64,000 nt of DNA from a virus. The translations under genes were made by a program, and so were the position numbers. Positions 56,163 through 64,000 of this stretch are shown piece after piece (the stretch's first letter is position 1; each line of letters begins with the position of its first letter). Below the pieces are notes generated by a model. It did no database searches. It was given only the letters and a program-made list of their open reading frames with translations, and had not been told where the DNA came from. The DNA is taken from the IMG/VR virus record IMGVR_UViG_3300021957_000004; one strand, given 5' to 3'.

Positions 56163-58400
56163 ATGGCAAATACAAAGATAACAAGTAACGTAATAGCTAA
56201 TGATGCTGTTACGGTAGACATGATTACTGATGCAGCGGTTACAGCTGATAAACTTCATGCGACTTTAGATTTATCTGGTAAAACTTTAACATTACCAAGT
56301 GCACAAGCAGCAACAACACAATCTGCATCAGACAATACAACAAAAGTAGCTACAACAGCATATGTTACTACAGCAATAGCAAATCTAAGTGATAGTGCTC
56401 CAGCGGCATTAAATACATTAAATGAAATCGCAGCAGCACTTGGTGATGATGCTAACTATGCTGCAACAACAACAGCAGCGATCGCAACTAAATTACCTTT
56501 AGCAGGTGGTACAATGACTGGTGCCATAGCAATGGGTACTTCCAAGATTACAGGTCTTGGAGATCCTACTGCAAATCAAGATGCAGGAACTAAGTTATAC
56601 ATTGATACAGCAGATGCTTTAAAATTAAATCTATCAGGCGGAACGCTTACAGGTGATTTAATATTAAATACAACAACTGCTTTAAAAATACCAGCTGGTA
56701 CAACAGCTCAAAGACCAAGCGCAGCAACAGGGCAATTAAGATGGAATACATCTGATGGCGCTTTAGAAGTTTATAACGGATCCGCATGGACAGCAGTTGG
56801 AACAGGTTCTTCTAATAAAATCCTAGATACATTTACAGGAGATGGAAGTACAACAGCTTATACTCTAAGCGTTACTCCAGCAAACGAAGATGCTCTTATA
56901 GTATTCATAGATGGTGTATACCAAGAAAAAGGTGATTATGCATTATCAAACGCAGTACTTACATTAGATACAGCTCCGGCTTCTGGTGAAAAACTTGCAG
57001 TACATATAACTACTGCTTCAGTCCACGATGGAACATCTGCAGTTAATCAACAATTTACAGCTACTGCAGGACAAACAGCATTTACATTAAGTGCAGATCC
57101 TAAATCAGAAAACAATACACAGGTTTATATTAACGGTGTATATCAACAAAAGACAGATTACACAGTAAGTGGAACAACTCTGACTTTTGATACAGGATTA
57201 ACAGTTGGTGATGTAGTTGAAGTAAATATGTTTACAGTTACTACGCTCGGAAATACAGATACAGTAAGTGAAGGCACAAGTAACCTTTATCATACGACCG
57301 CACGTGCACGAGGCGCGATTTCTGTAAGTGGTAATGCATTATCATACAATAGTTCAACAGGTGTTATAACATCAGCTTATGAAGAAAGTCCAACATTTAC
57401 AGGCGATGTTGTATTTAATAGCACAGGTTCTATAAAAATTCCTATAGGAACAACTGCTCAAAGACCTGCTTCTCCTGCGAATGGCATGGTTCGTTACAAT
57501 ACAACTGAATCAGAGTACGAGGTATATAAAGGCAACGCATGGTTTATTCTTGATTCTAGTGGCTACACTTATACTGCTGATTTTCTTGTAATTGCAGGTG
57601 GCGGTGGTGGTAGTGGAACTAGTTTAGCAGGTGGTGGTGGAGCTGGTGGTTATAGGACATCAGCAGGAACATCAGGTGGCGGTGCTTCTGCTGAGTCAGC
57701 TTTAACTTTTGTTGGTGGAACAACTTATACAATTACTGTTGGAGCAGGTGGTTCAGGTGGGGCAAGTGGAAGCAATGGTGGTAACTCATTAATCTCAGGC
57801 TCAGGCTTAGCTACAATTACATCTATTGGCGGTGGTAGTGGTAGCAATAATGCCAGTGCAGGTGCAAGTGGTGGCTCAGGTGGTGGTTCAGGTAGAGACT
57901 CGGTAAATACAGGTGGTGCAGGAACATCAGGACAGGGGTTTGCAGGTGGTACTGGTGGCGGTAGCTCAAATAGTTCTTCAGCTTCAGGCGGTGGTGGAGC
58001 AGGTGCAGTTGGTGCAAATGCAGCGTCTCCGTGGACAGGTGGAAATGGCGGTGTAGGAGTTGCATCTACAATTACTGGTTCATCAGTTTATAGAGCAGGT
58101 GGCGGTGGTGGTGCAGCATATGCTGGACTAGGCAGAGATGGCGGTACAGGTGGAAATGGTGGTGGTGGAAATGGTTCAGGAAATTCAGCAACTAGTGCAA
58201 CCGCAGGAACAGCTAACACAGGTGGCGGTGGTGGTGGCGGTATGTCTAACAGTAGTGGTGGCTCAGGTGGTTCAGGTGTGGTTATACTTAGAGTAGCTAC
58301 ATCAAAATATTCAGGCACAACTACTGGCTCACCAACAGTAACAACAAGTGGTAGCAATACAATCATTACCTTTAATTCAAGTGGGAGCTATACAGCATGA
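56163..58400 (+). CDS. Tail fibre protein with glycine-rich C-terminal domain
   Basis: LNTLNEIAAALGDD, IP.GTTAQRP modules, IAGGGGG...GGSGVVILR glycine-rich domain. Confidence 0.82.
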   Translation: MANTKITSNVIANDAVTVDMITDAAVTADKLHATLDLSGKTLTLPSAQAATTQSASDNTTKVATTAYVTTAIANLSDSAPAALNTLNEIAAALGDDANYAATTTAAIATKLPLAGGTMTGAIAMGTSKITGLGDPTANQDAGTKLYIDTADALKLNLSGGTLTGDLILNTTTALKIPAGTTAQRPSAATGQLRWNTSDGALEVYNGSAWTAVGTGSSNKILDTFTGDGSTTAYTLSVTPANEDALIVFIDGVYQEKGDYALSNAVLTLDTAPASGEKLAVHITTASVHDGTSAVNQQFTATAGQTAFTLSADPKSENNTQVYINGVYQQKTDYTVSGTTLTFDTGLTVGDVVEVNMFTVTTLGNTDTVSEGTSNLYHTTARARGAISVSGNALSYNSSTGVITSAYEESPTFTGDVVFNSTGSIKIPIGTTAQRPASPANGMVRYNTTESEYEVYKGNAWFILDSSGYTYTADFLVIAGGGGGSGTSLAGGGGAGGYRTSAGTSGGGASAESALTFVGGTTYTITVGAGGSGGASGSNGGNSLISGSGLATITSIGGGSGSNNASAGASGGSGGGSGRDSVNTGGAGTSGQGFAGGTGGGSSNSSSASGGGGAGAVGANAASPWTGGNGGVGVASTITGSSVYRAGGGGGAAYAGLGRDGGTGGNGGGGNGSGNSATSATAGTANTGGGGGGGMSNSSGGSGGSGVVILRVATSKYSGTTTGSPTVTTSGSNTIITFNSSGSYTA

Positions 58401-58714
58401 GTAAGTATTGGGCAAAAATAAATAATGGTTTAGTAGAAAAAGTAATCATAGCAAATGAAGATTTTTTTGATACCTTTGTTGATGATTCAGCAGGAACTTG
58501 GTTAGAAACTAAAATTGATGGCTCTATAAGAAAAAATTATGCAGGCATAGGATATACTTATGATTCAACAAGAGATGCATTTATACCTCCAAAACCATAT
58601 GAGTCATGGACATTAAACGAAAGCACTTGTCAATGGGAATCACCAGTAGCATATCCTGATGCGACCAAACTATATAATTGGAATGAAACAGATCAGACAT
58701 GGGATGAGGTATAA
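58397..58714 (+). CDS. Small fibre-associated protein
   Basis: RKNYAGIGYTYD..RDAFIPPKPYESW.LNE..C.WESP...Y.WNE; follows the glycine-rich fibre. Confidence 0.7.
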   Translation: MSKYWAKINNGLVEKVIIANEDFFDTFVDDSAGTWLETKIDGSIRKNYAGIGYTYDSTRDAFIPPKPYESWTLNESTCQWESPVAYPDATKLYNWNETDQTWDEV

Positions 58715-58717
58715 ATA
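58710..58717 (+). promoter_or_regulatory. T4 late promoter TATAAATA
   Basis: Exact consensus ending 5 bp before ATG 58723. Confidence 0.7.
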
Positions 58718-58722
58718 GTACT

Positions 58723-60843
58723 ATGGCATATTCAAAAGCAAGAAGATTATCAGATTCAATATCAGCAACAGGCGAGATAGCAGCATTCGTAGACGGATCA
58801 ATTACACACGCTGATCTTCATACCGATATGAACTTAACTAGTAAAACAGTACTAGTAGCAAATGCATCAACTGGCGATAGTGATACGACCGCAGCAAATA
58901 CGGCATTCGTACAACAGGAAATTGCAGCATTAGTTGATAGCGCACCAGGTACATTAAATACATTAAACGAATTAGCAGCAGCCTTAGGTGATGATGCAAG
59001 TTTCAGTACAACTATTACCAATAGTATTGCTTTAAAAGCACCATTGGCAAGTCCTGCATTTAATTCAGGCGCAGCAAATGTAGTTGCTTCATTTACCTCA
59101 ACCGATGGTACAGGAGCAATTCAACTAGCAGATAATGCAGGTAACGTAGAACTTGCAGCAGTTGGAAATGACTTCCACATTCAAAATGCAGGGTCAGCTG
59201 CTAAGATGGTTGTTCTAAATTCAGGCAATGTTGGAATTGGTGAAACTGGTCCTGCATATCGTTTACATGTTGATGGTACTAATGTTTCTTCAGGTGGTGG
59301 TTTAGCTAATCTTTGTTTAGTTGATAGAACTGCTTATAACGGCACGCTTCCCGGCGCAGGACTAACTTTTAGAGGTGAATATACTAGTGGTGGAAATACA
59401 ACTAATTTCGCAACAATACAAGGCATTAAAGAAAATACTAGTTCAGGAAACTATGATACTGCGTTAAGATTTACAACTAGAGCTAATGGTGGTAATCTTA
59501 CAGAAAAAATGCGTATTAATTCTTCAGGAAATGTTGGAATTGGAGTTACCAGTCCAGGTGCAAGATTAGAATTAGATAATCCAAGCTCATTTACTAATAT
59601 GATTGAATATGGTAATGTGACATGGAATCAAAATAGTGGGCATGGTTTAGTAGCAGTTAATAGAGGCTCAGATGGTTATGTTCAACTTCAACTTACTTCA
59701 GGTGTAGATGATTCAGATGTATTTACAATTAGAAATTCAGGAACTGGAGCAAATGTACAGCATAATTTATTATCAAATGGTAATGTATACCATGCCGGCA
59801 ACGTTGGTATCGGAACAGCAACTCCAGGTAGTAATCATGCCAAAGCTAATAATTTAGTAGTTGGTAGTGGTAGTGCAGGTGGTATGGCTATATTCAACGG
59901 CACTGGAGAAGGCTGGTATGCGTTCTCAAGAGCTAATGCTAATAATACTGATGCATATGATGGAGGAATAAGCTACGATGGAAGTAGAAACTTAAAATTC
60001 CATACTAATGCTGGTGCAGCTAGATGGGTTATTAGTGGCGCAGGACACTTTACACCAAACAATCAACATTCATTTGATATAGGTGGAACAAATGCTGAAG
60101 TAAGAGACATAAAAGCACAATCAATTGATATGGGTACTGGAACAGGTTCGGCAAGATTACCAAACGGCACAACAGCACAAAGACCTTCTTCTCCTTCAGC
60201 TGGAATGATGCGATATAATTCTACAACTTCAGAATTTGAGGTTTATAGTACTATGTGGTTGCCTATGAAAACAACGGCACCTTTAGAATTTCAACAAGCA
60301 AGTACAGTCCATCAAAAATGGACGATTGCTGCTGGTGGTCAATCAGCTCAAGCCGGAAGTGGGTATAGTGCTATTTCAGTAAATTTAAACTTTGAAGGTA
60401 ATTTTACTGTAATATCTAAATGGTCACATGATTATATGGGAATTGGTATAGGGTATAAAGCTGGAATCACAAATGGAAACTTTACAGGAGAAAGTAATGA
60501 TGGTGCTGGTCCTTATGGTGGAGGAGCTAGTGTAGATGGATTTGATAGTACTGTATCTTACATGGGACAATATCATTGGCCAGTAAGTAATGGCGGTGGC
60601 GATGATCATCAAACAACTTGGTATATTAAACACCAAAGAGCAGGTAATACTATTAGTACACATTATAGTACAAATGCAGCTTCTGCGACGGATCCAAGTC
60701 ATTCAAGCTGGAGTCAAGTACAATCTGCTACAATTAGTTCTACAGATCATTGTAAACCATTATGGGGAGAAGCTTCAACAAATGAATCTGTAGCTTTAAC
60801 ACTACTTTATAGTGAAATAACAGGAGGATTTAACGACTCATGA
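58723..60843 (+). CDS. Tail fibre protein
   Basis: LNTLNELAAALGDD module, three GNVGIG modules, GTTAQRP module, distinct beta-rich C-terminal domain. Confidence 0.8.
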   Translation: MAYSKARRLSDSISATGEIAAFVDGSITHADLHTDMNLTSKTVLVANASTGDSDTTAANTAFVQQEIAALVDSAPGTLNTLNELAAALGDDASFSTTITNSIALKAPLASPAFNSGAANVVASFTSTDGTGAIQLADNAGNVELAAVGNDFHIQNAGSAAKMVVLNSGNVGIGETGPAYRLHVDGTNVSSGGGLANLCLVDRTAYNGTLPGAGLTFRGEYTSGGNTTNFATIQGIKENTSSGNYDTALRFTTRANGGNLTEKMRINSSGNVGIGVTSPGARLELDNPSSFTNMIEYGNVTWNQNSGHGLVAVNRGSDGYVQLQLTSGVDDSDVFTIRNSGTGANVQHNLLSNGNVYHAGNVGIGTATPGSNHAKANNLVVGSGSAGGMAIFNGTGEGWYAFSRANANNTDAYDGGISYDGSRNLKFHTNAGAARWVISGAGHFTPNNQHSFDIGGTNAEVRDIKAQSIDMGTGTGSARLPNGTTAQRPSSPSAGMMRYNSTTSEFEVYSTMWLPMKTTAPLEFQQASTVHQKWTIAAGGQSAQAGSGYSAISVNLNFEGNFTVISKWSHDYMGIGIGYKAGITNGNFTGESNDGAGPYGGGASVDGFDSTVSYMGQYHWPVSNGGGDDHQTTWYIKHQRAGNTISTHYSTNAASATDPSHSSWSQVQSATISSTDHCKPLWGEASTNESVALTLLYSEITGGFNDS

Positions 60844-61148
60844 TTAATTATACATGGACAATAGAAGATGTAATTGTAACGCCAACAGTAACAATAGGCG
60901 ATGATGCGTTTACAGATGTTATACACACCATAAGATGGAAATGTGTAGGAACAGAAGGTTCATACAGCGAATTTGAAGAACAATCCTGGTCAGTGGATTT
61001 TAATAATACAGGAAGCTTTACTTCTCTAGATTCTTTAGACATAGATGTAGTTCTAGGTTGGCTAATGAATGCAGACGAAAGAAATAACCAGGAAAGAAAA
61101 ATAGCTGGTTATATAGAAGCTAAAAAGAATACTAAAAATATAGGCTAA
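60840..61148 (+). CDS. Small fibre-associated protein
   Basis: YTWTI...DVIHTIRWKC.G...VLGWL; ATGA-coupled to the fibre gene. Confidence 0.65.
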   Translation: MINYTWTIEDVIVTPTVTIGDDAFTDVIHTIRWKCVGTEGSYSEFEEQSWSVDFNNTGSFTSLDSLDIDVVLGWLMNADERNNQERKIAGYIEAKKNTKNIG

Positions 61149-61154
61149 TATAAG

Positions 61155-63377
61155 ATGGCAAATACTCAAATACAATCCGAACAAATAGCAGATGATGCAG
61201 TAACAGGTTCAAAGATAGAAAACGCTGTTACGATTGCTACATCAGTTACAAGCCCATTAGTAGATGGACAGAATTTTAAGATTAACGGTGGTCAAGGCTC
61301 AGACGGGCAACTTCTAACATCTACTGGAAGCGGAGTGGCTTGGGAAGATGCCCCTGCAGGTGGTCCTACATTTAAAGCTTTTGGCACGTCCTCCATAATG
61401 ATTGGAGACAACGCCACAGGCACGATTGATGCAGCAGACCAAAATACTGGAGTGGGTGTAGATGTTTTTGCAGCTTTAACGACTGGTGATAGAAACTCTG
61501 CCCTTGGTTACAGGGCTTTGTATGCGAATACAACAGGAAGTTATAATACTGCGGTAGGAAGAACTGCATTAGAAAATGTTACAACAGCAGATGGCAATAC
61601 TGCGGTAGGTGTTGCGGCAGGGTCGCAAATTACAACAGGTGCAAATAACACCTCAATGGGTTACCTAGCTTTAAATCTAAACACCACAGGTGCTAATAAT
61701 GTAGCTATGGGTAAAGATGCTTTAGCAGCAAACACTACAGCTTCAAACAATACTGCTATTGGGTTAGATGCAATGACATTAAATACCACTGGTACAGGTA
61801 ATGTAGCGATGGGGCAAAATGCTTTAGCAACAAACACAACAGGTGGAACTAATGTTGCTATAGGTCAAGGTGCATTAGATGCTAATACTACTGCTTCTAA
61901 CAATACAGCAGTAGGAACTGATGCTTTAGGAGCAAACACCACAGGTTACGATAATGCCGCAGTTGGAAGGAACTCACTTGATGCAAATGTTGGTGGGCAT
62001 AGTAATACCGCACTTGGAGAAAGTTCTTTAACAACTAATAATGAAGGCGATAGAAATGTTGCTATTGGCCAGGGTGCCTTATTATTAAACAGCACAGGTT
62101 CTGAAAATGTGGCTATAGGTCGCGGAGCTTTAGATGCTAATACAACTGCTAGTGGGAATACTGCTATTGGTGATTCTGCTTTAGGATTAAATACTGCAGC
62201 TTCTAATACAGCTGTTGGTTGGGCCGCGTTAAGTACTACAACCACAGCAACACAAGTAACAGCACTTGGTTATAGAGCAGGTCAAGATTCAACTGGTAGT
62301 TCAAATACTTTTATAGGGTTCTTAGCAGGAGCAGAAAATACTACAGGAAATCAAAACTGTTTTATTGGAGCTTCAACAGCAGAATCTGGAGTATGTACTG
62401 GTCATTCTAATACTGCAGTGGGTGGTAATAATTTTACTGGAATTACATCAGGCTCTCTTAATACTGTTATGGGAACTCATGCAATGCGTAGTTTTCAAAC
62501 AGGTGAAGGTAATGTTGCAATTGGATATAATGCAAAAAGATTACACTCATCAGGAGATGATGCTGTAGTCGTAGGAAATCATGCAGCTTATAACATGACA
62601 ACTGGTAGAACAGTTGTTGTGGGTAATGAAGCTTTTTACACAGGAACAAGCACAGATGATTCAGTCTTTATAGGGAATCGTGCAGGCTACTTAGTTACAA
62701 CTGGTTATACAAATGTAATCATTGGAGATAGAGCTGCTGATAGTGCTCTTACGACTGGATATGCTAATACTATGGTAGGGTATAAGGCAGGAAGAAGTTG
62801 TGGCGGTTTTGCAAATGCTTTTTTTGGCTCAGGTGCAGGAAGTAGCAATACAGGTGCATACAATACCGTTGTTGGTGCAGGTGCTTCAGTAAGTGGCGCA
62901 AGCAATGGTGGTATAACAATTGGGTACGGAGCAACATCCGGAGCAGCAGGCACATACGCAACTCTTGGTTATGGTGGTAGCAAATCTTGGATTTCTTTAG
63001 GAGCAACAGGTTGGAGCGGAAGTTCAGACGAAAGGTTGAAAGAAAATATACGACCCAGTGAAGCAGGACTTGCGTTTATAAATGATTTAAAACCAGTTAA
63101 TTTTGATTGGAGAAAGAAAAAAGACATTGATGCTGAATTATCAAATCATAAATCTGACTCAGACGAAAGGTATGAGAAAGATAATCCAATAGGAAAAATT
63201 GGATTTATTGCACAAGATGTTAAAGAAGCACTGGATAATCATCCAGAAGTCATATCACATATATGGGAACAACAGGAAGATGGAACACAGGCATTAACAC
63301 CCAATGAATTAATACCTATGTTAGTAAAAGCTGTACAAGAACTTTCGGCTAAAGTAGAGGAATTACAAAATGGCTAA
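61155..63377 (+). CDS. Tail fibre/spike with 14-aa beta-roll repeats and S74-type chaperone
   Basis: Many N(T/V)A(V/I/M)GxxALxxNTT repeats; SDERLKENI...GFIAQDV...LIPMLVKAVQEL. Confidence 0.85.
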   Translation: MANTQIQSEQIADDAVTGSKIENAVTIATSVTSPLVDGQNFKINGGQGSDGQLLTSTGSGVAWEDAPAGGPTFKAFGTSSIMIGDNATGTIDAADQNTGVGVDVFAALTTGDRNSALGYRALYANTTGSYNTAVGRTALENVTTADGNTAVGVAAGSQITTGANNTSMGYLALNLNTTGANNVAMGKDALAANTTASNNTAIGLDAMTLNTTGTGNVAMGQNALATNTTGGTNVAIGQGALDANTTASNNTAVGTDALGANTTGYDNAAVGRNSLDANVGGHSNTALGESSLTTNNEGDRNVAIGQGALLLNSTGSENVAIGRGALDANTTASGNTAIGDSALGLNTAASNTAVGWAALSTTTTATQVTALGYRAGQDSTGSSNTFIGFLAGAENTTGNQNCFIGASTAESGVCTGHSNTAVGGNNFTGITSGSLNTVMGTHAMRSFQTGEGNVAIGYNAKRLHSSGDDAVVVGNHAAYNMTTGRTVVVGNEAFYTGTSTDDSVFIGNRAGYLVTTGYTNVIIGDRAADSALTTGYANTMVGYKAGRSCGGFANAFFGSGAGSSNTGAYNTVVGAGASVSGASNGGITIGYGATSGAAGTYATLGYGGSKSWISLGATGWSGSSDERLKENIRPSEAGLAFINDLKPVNFDWRKKKDIDAELSNHKSDSDERYEKDNPIGKIGFIAQDVKEALDNHPEVISHIWEQQEDGTQALTPNELIPMLVKAVQELSAKVEELQNG

Positions 63378-63651
63378 AACAGTTGAACAAGTACTTACAG
63401 GTGCAGATGATTCTGTAACTTTAATTAATCAAATTAATGATGGCGACTTTTCATATTTCATGGAAGGCCGCACACAACAAATTGTAAATCGTAGAGTACA
63501 AGAAAATGTAGACTATTTAGAAATTGTATTAGCTATGTCACCAATGGATGATGAGGATCCTACACCTGATGTAGCAAGTTCAGCAGTAGATAAATCAAGT
63601 TACACAACAGCAATTGCAACAGGCAAACAATACATAACGGATAACACATAA
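63370..63651 (+). CDS. Small fibre-associated hypothetical protein
   Basis: 93 aa acidic ORF overlapping the fibre stop codon. Confidence 0.65.
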   Translation: MAKTVEQVLTGADDSVTLINQINDGDFSYFMEGRTQQIVNRRVQENVDYLEIVLAMSPMDDEDPTPDVASSAVDKSSYTTAIATGKQYITDNT

Positions 63652-64000
63652 TGGCATTAACAAAAATTACATCAGCAATTATAGCAGATGGCGCAATTAC
63701 AGCTTCAGCAATTACAAATACAAGTATTACTGCTGATAAATTACATACAACCTTAGATCTTACAGGTAAAGCAGTTACAGTTGCAACAGCAACAGCTGGT
63801 GATAATGATACGACAGCCGCAAGTACTGCATTCGTATCAACAGCAATTGCAAACCTAGCAGACTCTGCACCAAGTACATTAAATACATTAAATGAATTAG
63901 CTGCGGCTTTAGGAGACGACGCAAACTTCAGTACTACTGTAACAAATAGTATTGCAACAAAATTACCATTAGCTGGTGGAACAATGACAGGCAACTTAAC
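63651..64000 (+). CDS. Tail fibre protein (3'-truncated by window edge)
   Basis: Manual translation MALTKITSAIIADGAIT...DSAPSTLNTLNELAAALGDDANFSTTVTNSIATKLPLAGGTMTGNL; open to the window end. Confidence 0.85.
   Translation, partial: MALTKITSAIIADGAITASAITNTSITADKLHTTLDLTGKAVTVATATAGDNDTTAASTAFVSTAIANLADSAPSTLNTLNELAAALGDDANFSTTVTNSIATKLPLAGGTMTGNL

Noticed and set aside
61440-62900. 42-bp periodicity as a CRISPR-like or non-coding tandem array
   Set aside because: Explained by degenerate 14-aa coding repeats of the fibre protein.
53462-63377. Diversity-generating retroelement or invertible fibre cassette
   Set aside because: No reverse transcriptase or invertase in the window, repeats are direct, and no adenine-specific TR/VR pair was seen.

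Overview
A 64 kb segment of an AT-rich T4-like myovirus genome, most similar in gene content to marine T4-like phages (inference from protein families). Left part (1-10.6 kb): DNA metabolism and redox genes (glutaredoxin, GIY-YIG endonuclease, DNA ligase, RNase H, DenV-like glycosylase, exonuclease, peroxiredoxin, HAD hydrolase), a lysozyme and IscU/IscA. At 10.7-17.2 kb a late-promoter-headed, tightly overlapping cluster encodes two small membrane proteins, CsgF, CsgG, a curlin-like protein, a FecR-domain protein, a second curlin-like protein and a CHASE2 adenylate cyclase: a candidate phage-encoded trans-envelope signalling system. 17.3-21.7 kb holds small early genes behind GTTTACA-N17-TATAAT promoters, then gp33, gp59 and gp32. 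23.5-28.3 kb (minus strand): tape-measure-like gene, gp51/gp26 (joined by a probable -1 frameshift), gp54-like, gp2, gp4. 28.4-64 kb: baseplate genes (gp48, 53, hub, 5, 25, 6, 7, 8), a large DUF4815/VrlC-like protein and an array of modular tail-fibre genes. Signals not explained by the gene list: a hairpin whose loop is complementary to the RBS of three early genes, recurrent CG-rich islands sharing CGTACRCG inside genes, and phased GTGAC repeats. All product calls come from motif recognition and gene order; no database search was run. No tRNA, rRNA, CRISPR array, integrase or reverse transcriptase was recognised.
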